The notes under the pieces are model-generated. The model did no database searches, was not told where the DNA came from, and saw only the letters and a program-made list of their open reading frames with translations. 64,000 nucleotides of DNA from an uncultured virus (IMG/VR IMGVR_UViG_3300003319_000181) (lineage: Duplodnaviria; Heunggongvirae; Uroviricota; Caudoviricetes). The stretch lies in the IMG/VR virus record IMGVR_UViG_3300003319_000181, one strand, 5' to 3'. This document shows positions 1-8,646 of the stretch, in pieces. The stretch's first letter is position 1; each line of letters opens with the position of its first letter. A program made the translations under genes and the position numbers.

Positions 1-391
1 TGACCTGAGGAGCGCTGTCCTGAGGGGCGCTGACCTGAGTGGCGCTGACCTGAGTGGCGCTGACCTGAGGAGCGCTGTCCTTCCCTCTCCTACTGCCGTT
101 CTGCTCGCGTACTGGCCTGACCTTTCGCCGCAACTGGTCGCGGATTTGATGCTATTTGACTCGTCATGCCATCCCAACCCTTCTGCTTTTGACCGCTGGG
201 CAGCGGGCGGCGGGTGTCCCTACGACGGTGTTCACGTTGAGCGTGCAGCGTACTTCAAGGAGCGCAAAGCACTGTGGGGCAAGGGCGTGCCGTGCCGCCC
301 CTATGACTTGATGGCGCGCGTCCTCGCAGAATGTTGCCCGGACTGGACGCCCGAGCAGGTCGCGCAGTTTGAGGCGAAATTCAAGGGGTAA
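1..391 (+). CDS. Pentapeptide-repeat protein, 5'-truncated by the window edge
   Basis: Frame from position 2 reads DLRSAVLRGADLSGADLSGADLRSAVL (A-D-L-x-x repeats) and continues without a stop into ORF 146..391. Confidence 0.85.
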   Translation, partial: DLRSAVLRGADLSGADLSGADLRSAVLPSPTAVLLAYWPDLSPQLVADLMLFDSSCHPNPSAFDRWAAGGGCPYDGVHVERAAYFKERKALWGKGVPCRPYDLMARVLAECCPDWTPEQVAQFEAKFKG

Positions 392-419
392 TCCACAGAG
401 GGGAGCAAGGGAGACGAAG

Positions 420-764
420 ATGCAGGACTGGATTCTTTACCAGATTAGAAGCGCCGAGCCGAACACGTTCCGCTTCGTCATCACGAAGGGCTTTCAGGAT
501 GAGACGGTTGAAGGCCGGTTGAAAGAGGGCGAGTTCATTGACTCGACTTCAACCCTGTTAGGTGAACTCGGCGGCGACGTGACGGTGCTATTTCAGCCGC
601 ACGCTTCCCTGCTCGACGCATTGCTGGGAGTGGCACGCTGGCAGATGCCCGATGGCCCGTGCTGGTGCGAGAACCATCGGAGAAGGGAGGGTCTACGCAA
701 GCACCATTTCAAACCTTGCGCCGCCGCCCGCGCCGCCATCGCCAACGCCGAAAGAGAGGAATGA
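420..764 (+). CDS. Hypothetical phage protein
   Basis: ATG at 420 after a purine-rich RBS; C-terminus CWC...C-AARAAIA typical of small phage genes. Confidence 0.65.
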   Translation: MQDWILYQIRSAEPNTFRFVITKGFQDETVEGRLKEGEFIDSTSTLLGELGGDVTVLFQPHASLLDALLGVARWQMPDGPCWCENHRRREGLRKHHFKPCAAARAAIANAEREE

Positions 765-768
765 GCCA

Positions 769-1176
769 ATGACTTGGAGGCGACCCATGCGGCCCACGGG
801 CGTTGTGCGCTGCCTGCCCTATTTCGGCGCGAAGACGGCCAGCGATGAGGCGATGAACCTCGCATACGAGCGCATGCTTGCCGCCCTGAAAGCGTTAGAT
901 TGGGGCGAGCGGGATTCACTCCGCATCGCCTTCGATAAGAGGCCGACCATTGAAGTCCTACACTGCTACCTTATCGTCGAAGGCAGGGTGGTTGTCAGAG
1001 CGAATATCTCGCACTTTGAAGAGGGCGACGGCCGCGCGGTCAAGTCATGGGATAACCGTGACCTCACGCCTAAATGGTGGGCCATCCTGACCGCGCCGGT
1101 CGTTTGGCCGGATGAGCCGGTTAGGCGTCGCGGCTTTCAAGGATTTCGATACACGGACACAGAACAGTTGTGGTGA
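769..1176 (+). CDS. Hypothetical phage protein
   Basis: ATG at 769 after GAGGA; ends in a RGFQGFRY motif; tightly packed with neighbours. Confidence 0.65.
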   Translation: MTWRRPMRPTGVVRCLPYFGAKTASDEAMNLAYERMLAALKALDWGERDSLRIAFDKRPTIEVLHCYLIVEGRVVVRANISHFEEGDGRAVKSWDNRDLTPKWWAILTAPVVWPDEPVRRRGFQGFRYTDTEQLW

Positions 1177-1535
1177 CAAATATGAAATGCACGGCAGACG
1201 AAAAGACGATGGAGCAGCGCAGACGTGAGCGACTGGGCTACGTCACCCTCTTTATGCGTCCCACCATGCCGGACGGCCTGCGGGGCGATGCGGCGCGCGA
1301 CGCCTGCCTTGACCTGCTGACGGGCTGGTTCCGCAACTCAAAGTGGGCCGTCTGTCGATACGTCTTCTGCCTCGCGCTGCGCGACTCATGGGAAGAGTTG
1401 TGCTTAAGCCTCCGTCTCTTCTGGCACTACCGGGTGATGAGGTGTACGCGAGAAGAGACCGTGCTGAGAGTCTTCGGCCCCGACGCTATCCCCGAAGAGG
1501 TCGAAGAGGATGAGGAGTGGCCGGTTTTGTTGTAG
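1170..1535 (+). CDS. Hypothetical protein
   Basis: ORF packed in the operon, overlapping the upstream stop. Confidence 0.5.
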   Translation: MVTNMKCTADEKTMEQRRRERLGYVTLFMRPTMPDGLRGDAARDACLDLLTGWFRNSKWAVCRYVFCLALRDSWEELCLSLRLFWHYRVMRCTREETVLRVFGPDAIPEEVEEDEEWPVLL

Positions 1536-1543
1536 GAGAGAGT

Positions 1544-1771
1544 ATGTCTGAAAAGCGAAAGCCAATGCTGTACGACCTGAGTGCGATTGAAGGTGACAGG
1601 CGAGCCTACGGCTTCGTCCACTTCAAGGAAGACGGCACACAACGGGGAGAGTTCTCTATCTCCAAAAAGATGGTGAATGGCGATGTGTCCCGCCTTGAGT
1701 TCACGGGCGGCGCGGTTGACATCGAGGACTTGATCTACGCGCTCGTCTTTATCCGCGACAACGGAGCCTGA
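1544..1771 (+). CDS. Hypothetical protein
   Basis: AGGAG RBS before ATG (MSEKRKPMLY...). Confidence 0.6.
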   Translation: MSEKRKPMLYDLSAIEGDRRAYGFVHFKEDGTQRGEFSISKKMVNGDVSRLEFTGGAVDIEDLIYALVFIRDNGA

Positions 1772-1813
1772 ACCATCTGCCCTCCTGCACGGAGAGACTG
1801 AGAAGAAAGAGAC

Positions 1814-2848
1814 ATGCCGAATAAATCAAGTATAGAGTGGACTGACTACACCTCGAATCCGGTCTACGCAATCAACATCGAAACCGGCAAGCGCGGGCAT
1901 CATTGCGTCCACAAGAACCCGCTCTGCGAGAACTGCTACGCCGAGGCCATCAACCTCCTGTGGGGCACGGGGCTGCGGTTCATCGCCCAGAACGGCGACA
2001 AGGTGCGCTTCGCGCTAAGCGAAAAGGAGTTGGACGAACTGTCGAAGCTTGATGCACGTCTCTTGAGGAAGGGCGAGGCGGCGAAGGTCTTCATGTTCGA
2101 CATGACGGACATCGGCCTGCCCGGCATCCCGCGCGCGTTCATCTTCGAAGTGCTTGACCGCATCGCGACCTTCAAGGCCCTCACCGTGCAACTGCTCACG
2201 AAGCGCCCCGTCGAGGTGTGGTGCATCGTCTGGGAATACTGCTGCGAGCGCCGCATCACGGCCGAGAGGTTCAAGCGACTGTGCGGGCACGTCCACATGG
2301 GCGCGAGCGTCGGCACGCAGAGGACGGCCGACGAGGACATCCCCGAACTGCTCAAACTCGCCATGTTCTTCGACGTGCTGTGGCTCTCAATAGAACCGCT
2401 ATTAGAGGACTTGGACATCGGGCGCTTTCTATGCTGCCCGTGGTGCGCGCACGAGACGCCGAAGACTGACGACGCGGGTACAACGTGGCACGACCTAAAC
2501 GGCGTATCAATGCCTTGCCCGACGCCCGCGACCGGCCGGGGCCGCGCCGTCAATAACATCGCATGGGCCGTCATCGGCGGCGAGTCGGGCGCGGGCGCGC
2601 GACAGACGAGCGTTGACGCAATCAAGAACGTGAGCGCGCAGTTCGAGGCGGCAGGCGTGCCGAGGTTCATCAAGCAGGTCGGCTCAAAGCCCGTCATCGG
2701 TGATCTCACGCACTGGCGTTGCCCCTCGAAACTTCTGCCTGACGGCTCCGGCTACCTGCTGAAGTTGAAAGACGCTAAGGGCGGTGACGTGGAAGAGTGG
2801 CCCGCAGACTTGCGCGTCCGCGAGTTCCCCTCCCCCTTCAAGGGGTAG
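1814..2848 (+). CDS. Phage Gp37/Gp68 family (DUF5131) radical-SAM-like protein
   Basis: SSIEWTDYTSNP, C-x6-CxNCYA, LLTKRP, WLSIEPLL, WAVIGGESG, FIKQ and KGGDVEEWPADLRVREFP motifs. Confidence 0.9.
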   Translation: MPNKSSIEWTDYTSNPVYAINIETGKRGHHCVHKNPLCENCYAEAINLLWGTGLRFIAQNGDKVRFALSEKELDELSKLDARLLRKGEAAKVFMFDMTDIGLPGIPRAFIFEVLDRIATFKALTVQLLTKRPVEVWCIVWEYCCERRITAERFKRLCGHVHMGASVGTQRTADEDIPELLKLAMFFDVLWLSIEPLLEDLDIGRFLCCPWCAHETPKTDDAGTTWHDLNGVSMPCPTPATGRGRAVNNIAWAVIGGESGAGARQTSVDAIKNVSAQFEAAGVPRFIKQVGSKPVIGDLTHWRCPSKLLPDGSGYLLKLKDAKGGDVEEWPADLRVREFPSPFKG

Positions 2849-2865
2849 ACGGCCCGCGGTAGGGA

Positions 2866-3132
2866 GTGAGAAAGGAAGAATCAAACGTGGCGACTGTTTT
2901 CCGTAGCAATCTGCCAGAGACGCGCAACCCTCTTTTGAGGCTTCCGGCCGCACGAAGCCTTGCGGAGTTGCCTAGCGAATCAAAGGCAGCGCTCCGCGAG
3001 TTATTGATTCAACTCGGTCGTGATGCCAACGAGAAAGCGGCGCTCTGCTGGCGCACGCATAAAGCCCCTATGGCCGCCTACTGGAAGATGGTCGCCGTCT
3101 ATGCGCGCCACACCGCACGGCTGCTTAAATAG
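2866..3132 (+). CDS. Hypothetical phage protein
   Basis: ORF with HKAPMAAYWK motif; operon packing. Confidence 0.6.
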   Translation: MRKEESNVATVFRSNLPETRNPLLRLPAARSLAELPSESKAALRELLIQLGRDANEKAALCWRTHKAPMAAYWKMVAVYARHTARLLK

Positions 3133-3258
3133 CTCCACTCAGGCGGGAACGGTAGGGAACGGCTTAGGGTTCACAACTGAGCAGTTTGCGTGCCCTAAGC
3201 GCTCAGACGGGTGCTTATTGCTTATCCTAAATGCAGAAGCGTTTCACGAAACGGAGGT

Positions 3259-3501
3259 TTGATCACCGTGAGAATTAGGGAGCAGCGTGGGTATGACCTG
3301 ACCGGCTACGCCGCCGTTCTGACCACCATTCTAGGCATGTCGGACGAAGAGGCGCGGCTCACTATCCTCTTCCGTAACGGGCAGATAGACGCCGCCGAGT
3401 TATGCGAGCGGCTGAGCGACGAGGCGGAAGACGTGGGCGCGAAACGCCTGCTCGTAGACGCGTCGGACTATCTATGCGCTTCGATTGAAGGGGGTGTGTA
3501 A
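3259..3501 (+). CDS. Hypothetical protein
   Basis: GGAGG RBS near 3253; start uncertain. Confidence 0.5.
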   Translation: MITVRIREQRGYDLTGYAAVLTTILGMSDEEARLTILFRNGQIDAAELCERLSDEAEDVGAKRLLVDASDYLCASIEGGV

Positions 3502-3543
3502 CTTCCCCCGGCGGGGCTGACGCTGAGAGTAGAAGGAGAAGAT

Positions 3544-3966
3544 GTGGAAAGAGTCTACGATGAAGAGTACGTGTTGAGACGAGGGCGCGTGGCCGTCGTT
3601 GACGGGCGTAGCGCCGCCGAGCGGCTGGCCCGCGCCATCAAAGAGAATTTCGAGCGGCAGACCTACATCGCCGAGGCGGGAGACGAGGGGAGCATCGCCT
3701 ATGCGGTGCAGGTAGAAGGCGTTGAGGGGCACGGCGAGGGCGACCTGCGCGTTCGAGACATCCGCAACTTTGCGGCCGGGTATCTCGCCTGCCTGAGATT
3801 GAACGCGGTCTACGAACACCTGGCGAGCGTCGAGGTTGTCTACGAAAGCGCCTTTCTCCGCGCGGCCATCGGTAACGCGTTCCGCCCCGAGGCGGCGGCC
3901 GAAATCTTAGAGCGAATAGGGCACGCGTATAGGACGGCGAAAGAGTCGGCGGGCGTGCGGCGGTAG
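3544..3966 (+). CDS. Hypothetical protein
   Basis: AAGGAG RBS and GTG start. Confidence 0.6.
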   Translation: MERVYDEEYVLRRGRVAVVDGRSAAERLARAIKENFERQTYIAEAGDEGSIAYAVQVEGVEGHGEGDLRVRDIRNFAAGYLACLRLNAVYEHLASVEVVYESAFLRAAIGNAFRPEAAAEILERIGHAYRTAKESAGVRR

Positions 3967-4103
3967 AGTTTGACGACGTGCTTCAGGGGTAGCCGGAGGG
4001 GCTACCCCTCGGGTGGCGGGACGGGGTGCGCGCAAATGAGGGGCAAAACCCCTATGGCTTAGGTTCGGGTTTGATGCGCTCTCAAGCGCGCGGAGGTTGA
4101 AGG

Positions 4104-4559
4104 ATGGCAACGACTGGACAGGAATTAGAGGCGGGGCGTGACCTTGATCGGCGCGTCGGCGAGCGCGTCATGGGTTACACGATTTATCACTACGACAAGG
4201 GCTATACGCCTTATTGGGTGCTCACGGATGAGGAGTTCGACCCGGTAGCCAATCCCCCGTGGCATCAGCGCAGTAGCGAAGCGGTAGCGTGGTCTGAAGA
4301 CTGCCCGCACTTCTCGACAGACCTCAACGCGGCCTTCTCGGTTGCCGCGAAAATTCAACAGGACTTCTATTTTCGCTTTTCCCTGCTCGGTCACGAAAAG
4401 GGCTATTGGCACGCCGAGTTCTTCGGCCACCCCGACCCGAAGCAGGACTCGGGCCAGCGTTGGGGCGATAAGTACGCCGCCACTCTGGCGCTGGCTATCT
4501 GTGCCGCGGCCTTACAGGCTCACGAAACCTGGACGGCAGAATTGAAGAAAGAGATTTGA
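4104..4559 (+). CDS. Phage ABA-sandwich (BC1872-like) domain protein
   Basis: AGRDLDRRVGERVMG...PHFSTDLNAAFSV...LAICAAALQA pattern; paralogous to 60801..61265. Confidence 0.75.
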   Translation: MATTGQELEAGRDLDRRVGERVMGYTIYHYDKGYTPYWVLTDEEFDPVANPPWHQRSSEAVAWSEDCPHFSTDLNAAFSVAAKIQQDFYFRFSLLGHEKGYWHAEFFGHPDPKQDSGQRWGDKYAATLALAICAAALQAHETWTAELKKEI

Positions 4560-4582
4560 GGGGCGGGACGGTTCTTTGACAA

Positions 4583-5380
4583 TCAACCCCTCGGGCTCGC
4601 CAGCGCCGTGCTCCGAACATTTGCCCAGTCTACGGGGTGCATGGTGGGGGCGAACTTTGCTTCGATCTCTTCAATGGGCTGCCCTTCCCCGAGCAAATCC
4701 GCGACGGTCGCCGCGAAGGATTGGATTTCTTCTGGCGATAGCCGGTTAATTCCCTTTTTGGAGTTTTCTTTAAAAGCTTTATCTTTAATGGGCGACTTTA
4801 TGTCCACCCTAGACCCTGTTTCCATTTTAGACTTAAAGTCCACCCCGGACTTAATGTCCACGGTTGCTTTCGGCAAGAGCATCCGGTAGATAACGCCGCG
4901 CTTCTTCTTATCGGGATTGTCGAAGTCGTAGCCGAGCACTTCAATCAAACCGCGCTGTTGTAGTCGATGCGCCGAGCGTTGCACCTGTTTACTGCTGATA
5001 TTACAGGCATCTCCGAGGGTTGCGTTAGAGACGGTACAGGTGTCCCGGTGAAAGCCCCACGTGAGCCGATAGAGGCGAGAGAGCACCGATTGGTCACTCA
5101 ACTCCAGCGTCCGGTTGAGGTGGTCTGAAATGCCGTTCGGGGTGGCCGTCCACTGGCCGGGAAGGATGGACGCAGTGTCGTGGGTGGACTTTATGTCCGG
5201 GGTGGAACTTATGTCTACCGTGGACTGTGTCGCGGGTAACGGTTCTTTAGTGTCTGCCGTGGACTCCGAGTCTAGGGTGGACTTTATGTCCGGGGTTGTG
5301 CGCGCGGCCTTCTCCTCTTGCTCGCGCTTCAGGTCGGATTGGCTGACGTTCGGCTCCTTCCTAAGCCAGAGTTTGCTCAT
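4583..5380 (-). CDS. Winged-HTH replication-initiator-like protein with internal DNA repeats
   Basis: LYRLTWGFHRDTCTVSNATLGDACNISSKQVQRSAHRLQQRGLI wHTH; flanking VDIKS/PDIKS repeats; ATG at 5380 overlaps the end of the ATPase gene. Confidence 0.7.
   Translation of the reverse strand: MSKLWLRKEPNVSQSDLKREQEEKAARTTPDIKSTLDSESTADTKEPLPATQSTVDISSTPDIKSTHDTASILPGQWTATPNGISDHLNRTLELSDQSVLSRLYRLTWGFHRDTCTVSNATLGDACNISSKQVQRSAHRLQQRGLIEVLGYDFDNPDKKKRGVIYRMLLPKATVDIKSGVDFKSKMETGSRVDIKSPIKDKAFKENSKKGINRLSPEEIQSFAATVADLLGEGQPIEEIEAKFAPTMHPVDWANVRSTALASPRG
4794..5291. repeat. Two clusters of semi-palindromic GGAC-N5-GTCC iteron-like repeats
   Basis: GACTTTATGTCC-like copies at 4794, 4830, 4848, 5186, 5204, 5261 and 5279, often 18 bp apart. 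Confidence 0.75.
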
Positions 5381-6161
5381 GGTCATCTTCCGACAGCAAA
5401 GCCTCCTTAGCGGCGTCCGCGCACAGTTCCGGCGTGATAGCCGCGCCACCGGCGAAGCGGTAGGCCACGGCCGCCACCTTGAGGATGTCGCGCGGCACGC
5501 CCCCCGAAAGCGTGTAGATGGCCTGATAGGCGTCAGGGGTAAACGGGACGGGAACTTCCGCGCGTGCGCACCTGAAGTTGAGCATCTCCTCAGTCTCGGA
5601 GAGCGAGAGGGCGGCCAGATGCGACGGGGCGAAGATGCGCGAGCGAATGGCCTTCTTCGTCGGGTCTTGGAGTTTCTGTCTCAACTCCAACTGTCCCGAG
5701 AGTACGACCTGCACGAGCTTCGTATCATCGGTTTCGAAATTGAGGAGCGTGCGGACGAGTTCCAGTTGGGGCCCCGGGAGACGTTGCGCCTCGTCCACGA
5801 AGACCACGCAGAGCTTATCCTCGCGGTAGAGTTCGATGAGAAAGGCCCTCAAAGCCTCCTCCTGCGCCGTGAAGCTACGCTTGGCGGGCACTCCGAAGTC
5901 GGCGCAGATTTTCTTGAGAAAGGCGAAAGGGGAGGGGAACGAGGGGCTGGCGATCATCGTGGTGGTCGCGTCTTCACGGGAGTCGTACTCATTGAAGAGG
6001 TAGCGCACGACTGTTGATTTACCCAGCCCGACATCCCCGAGGATGGCGGTTAGCCCTTGTCGGCCGTCAACCACGAACCGGACTTTTTCGAGGGTGACTT
6101 CAAGCGCCGGGGTCAGGTAGAGCAGGAGCGGGTTGGGGCTGATACTGAACGGTTGCTTCAT
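5361..6161 (-). CDS. ExeA/GspA-type AAA+ ATPase
   Basis: PFSISPNP start, Walker A GDVGLGKST, Walker B VFVDEAQ, LNFET, VLSGQLEL, SGGVPRDI. Confidence 0.9.
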   Translation of the reverse strand: MKQPFSISPNPLLLYLTPALEVTLEKVRFVVDGRQGLTAILGDVGLGKSTVVRYLFNEYDSREDATTTMIASPSFPSPFAFLKKICADFGVPAKRSFTAQEEALRAFLIELYREDKLCVVFVDEAQRLPGPQLELVRTLLNFETDDTKLVQVVLSGQLELRQKLQDPTKKAIRSRIFAPSHLAALSLSETEEMLNFRCARAEVPVPFTPDAYQAIYTLSGGVPRDILKVAAVAYRFAGGAAITPELCADAAKEALLSEDDHEQTLA

Positions 6162-6342
6162 GGCGGGGGAGGGTAGCACGCTTTAAACTGTTAAGTCTAG
6201 GGGGAGGGGTGAAGAATTAACGCGCGAGCGAAGAGATTGGCGGTATAATGAGCGGCCTAGAAAGGTGAACCGCGCCAAGCGCACGCTTGAGTGTGGGGTA
6301 GAGGAAGGGGAGTAGGGTTGGAGTTCTGTAAGGAGAGGGGAA

Positions 6343-6723
6343 GTGAGCGACATATCTGGACTCGGTGAATTCTTCTGTCACGCCTGCACCCTACCGGATA
6401 ACGTAGAGGAGTTGCGGCGGAAGTATTTCAACCTGTCACCGTTTGAGCGGCGGCGGCTGAAGGAGGTTCGGGCGATTCTTGATAGAGTGCTCACGGCCGA
6501 CCCGCCCCTGTGTGCGGGCTACGTCGAGGCGGTGGCTGCGCGTGAGGCGCGCGGGTTCTACGAGGGACAAGAGGAGTGGCGGCGCGCGGTTCTGCGCGGC
6601 TGTGTCGAGTACATCGTGGCCGTTGAGACAGGTGAAGCGCCCTACCGTGAAGGGGGCGAGTTGCCGCCGGAGTTGGGCGAGTTTATAGCCCGAGAACTCA
6701 ACCCGCCCGCTGATTCACTATAG
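6343..6723 (+). CDS. Hypothetical protein
   Basis: Strong RBS and GTG start; TATAAT upstream at 6244. Confidence 0.6.
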   Translation: MSDISGLGEFFCHACTLPDNVEELRRKYFNLSPFERRRLKEVRAILDRVLTADPPLCAGYVEAVAAREARGFYEGQEEWRRAVLRGCVEYIVAVETGEAPYREGGELPPELGEFIARELNPPADSL

Positions 6724-6888
6724 AGGAGACGGAAAGGGATGAGTAGCGGAAAGAAGAGTGGTAAGGCACGGCAACCCAAGCGCCGCAAGTGCCTCATCTG
6801 CGGTTTAGTCATCACAAAGGCGAAGGTGTGCAAGGCCAACGAATACATCTGCCAGCCCTGTATGTACCCGCAAGAATGAGGTGAACAC

Positions 6889-7098
6889 ATGGCCGGCACG
6901 GACTTCCCGGATGAGTTGAACTACGCCACCAGCGAAGCGGCCAACTTGGCAATCGTCCGCGCGATGGGCGAGATTAAGTTTATCGAGCGGATGGAAAAAC
7001 TCATGCCCCTCGTGGCGCGGCAGTTGGTTGAGGCGGGCGTTGATTTCTCAAAGGTGAAACCGGACACCGCTCGCCCGCCCGTGTCTCATACCAAGTAG
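6889..7098 (+). CDS. Hypothetical protein
   Basis: GAGGTG RBS before ATG. Confidence 0.6.
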   Translation: MAGTDFPDELNYATSEAANLAIVRAMGEIKFIERMEKLMPLVARQLVEAGVDFSKVKPDTARPPVSHTK

Positions 7099-7305
7099 AA
7101 GGAGGAAGAAAGGTGATTGCATTACCACCTCGGAGGCGACAAACGCGACTACGACGCTCTACACCTTCCGCCGTGAGGATGGCGACACGTTCGGCATTGT
7201 GTTCAAGTGGAAGAGTGGCGAGATTAGCAGCGTCACGGACTGGGTAACGCCGGATGAACTTATTGAGGCTTGCCAGATAATTAAGCGCGAAAGGGGAAGC
7301 TGAAC

Positions 7306-7644
7306 ATGGTCGGAGGTATTGTCATAGAAGTTGTGCCCGGCGAGGGCCGGGTGTGGGTCAACATCCGCGACGGGGTGCATACAAAAGACGTTTGCGCGGT
7401 CTACGTTACGCGCAACCCCACCTCGGAGCGCATCAAGCCCGGGGATGCCTTGTGGTGGCAGGGGAGTTTGTGCTTCTGGACACCGCAGGAATACTCGGCG
7501 GTCGGCTGTCAGCACCGGGAGCACGTTGACTGTACGGGGAAGGTGGGGGTGGATTATGACATCCAGATTCCACGCGTGAGTTACTCGGGTGTTGGTAGAC
7601 CCGAAGGGCATGACATCCTTGACCACACTGAAGTCGTCGGATAG
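7306..7644 (+). CDS. Hypothetical phage protein
   Basis: RBS plus ATG; protein-like composition. Confidence 0.6.
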   Translation: MVGGIVIEVVPGEGRVWVNIRDGVHTKDVCAVYVTRNPTSERIKPGDALWWQGSLCFWTPQEYSAVGCQHREHVDCTGKVGVDYDIQIPRVSYSGVGRPEGHDILDHTEVVG

Positions 7645-7691
7645 GTTCCCCGTCTCATCACCTATAGAGGAGGGAAAGGGAGGAACTGAGT

Positions 7692-7958
7692 ATGAGTGAC
7701 GCAATGGGCACGGAGGTTACGCGGCAATGGGTGGGAAATATTCTACTGGTCTTCGGCCCGAACGATACGATTTCAATGCTCACATGCTTCGCGAATCGGA
7801 TTGAGTTGCGGGGCGATGGGTGGGACAAGAGAAAGACGCGACGCAACCCTTTTCCCGACGGCCGTGTGATAAAGGTAGGTTCGCTGAGAGAGGCACGGCA
7901 CTTCGCGGAAATCATTGCGGACGTGCTAACTGAACCGCCCCGCGCTGACACTACATAA
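7692..7958 (+). CDS. Hypothetical protein, last gene of the + arm
   Basis: GGAGG RBS; converges on the late operon. Confidence 0.55.
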   Translation: MSDAMGTEVTRQWVGNILLVFGPNDTISMLTCFANRIELRGDGWDKRKTRRNPFPDGRVIKVGSLREARHFAEIIADVLTEPPRADTT

Positions 7959-8100
7959 GGAAGGGGAGGAAATCAGGCCGCCGACTTAGACTCCGAAGTC
8001 TCCGCGCCTCATCCTTTGACCTGAAGGGGGCGCAGTACCTAGCCCTGCTGCACCTTACGCCCTCCCGCTACTTCGGACGCCGCCTCTCACTTCTTCCGCG

Positions 8101-8625
8101 CTATCTGCTGTAAATCTCCGCCTCCACCACACGGCTGAACAGCCCATCATTTGAGGCCATCACGCTCACTCTAACCGCAGTTCCGCGCACCGGCGCAAAA
8201 GAAACGTCGCGCACGCACAGGTTGTTATTCGTGACGCTCACGGTCTGCTGCCAGCCTGAAGGCGTCAAAACATCTACCGTGAAATCGCGAACGCCGTAGA
8301 GCGCGCAGGTCTGCGTTGGTGTCGGTTCCACAGGGGAGCCGAACGCATCCTGAAGGGTCACTATCGTTACTCGCCCGATGGAGTATTGGCGTGCCAGAGT
8401 TATGGTCAACGTATCAGGCCAGACACTACGGGTTGCATCGTTCCAGCCTCCACCTGAACCCCATGCGTAGCCCGTCCGGTCGCCGTCAATCGTGGCCGAG
8501 GCGGGGAAGCCTATGCTGTAGGAGGAAGAGGCCGAGGCGATGGCCTGAGAGTCGAGGGCGAGGTTCTGAGCCTGTGCCGTGAGACAGAAGGCAAAGATGA
8601 GAGCGATTGTCAGTAGTTTCTTCAT
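8101..8625 (-). CDS. Secreted discoidin/F5-8 type C (galactose-binding-like) domain protein
   Basis: Signal peptide MKKLLTIALIFAFCLTAQA; NLAL..ASASS..PASATIDGD..GWND..SRVVEAEIY. Confidence 0.8.
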   Translation of the reverse strand: MKKLLTIALIFAFCLTAQAQNLALDSQAIASASSSYSIGFPASATIDGDRTGYAWGSGGGWNDATRSVWPDTLTITLARQYSIGRVTIVTLQDAFGSPVEPTPTQTCALYGVRDFTVDVLTPSGWQQTVSVTNNNLCVRDVSFAPVRGTAVRVSVMASNDGLFSRVVEAEIYSR

Positions 8626-8646
8626 GTCACTCCTTCACTCTGAAAG

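Noticed and set aside
1..82. 15-nt tandem repeats as a CRISPR or guide array
   Set aside because: They are in-frame pentapeptide (ADLxx) codons of a CDS
3980..4060. Hairpins at 3985-4009 and GGCAAAACC as a c-di-GMP riboswitch
   Set aside because: The required two-stem GEMM architecture is not evident; more likely a simple terminator or processing hairpin
5361..6161. Type II secretion system or Tn7/Mu transposon
   Set aside because: No secretion genes, DDE transposase or terminal repeats nearby
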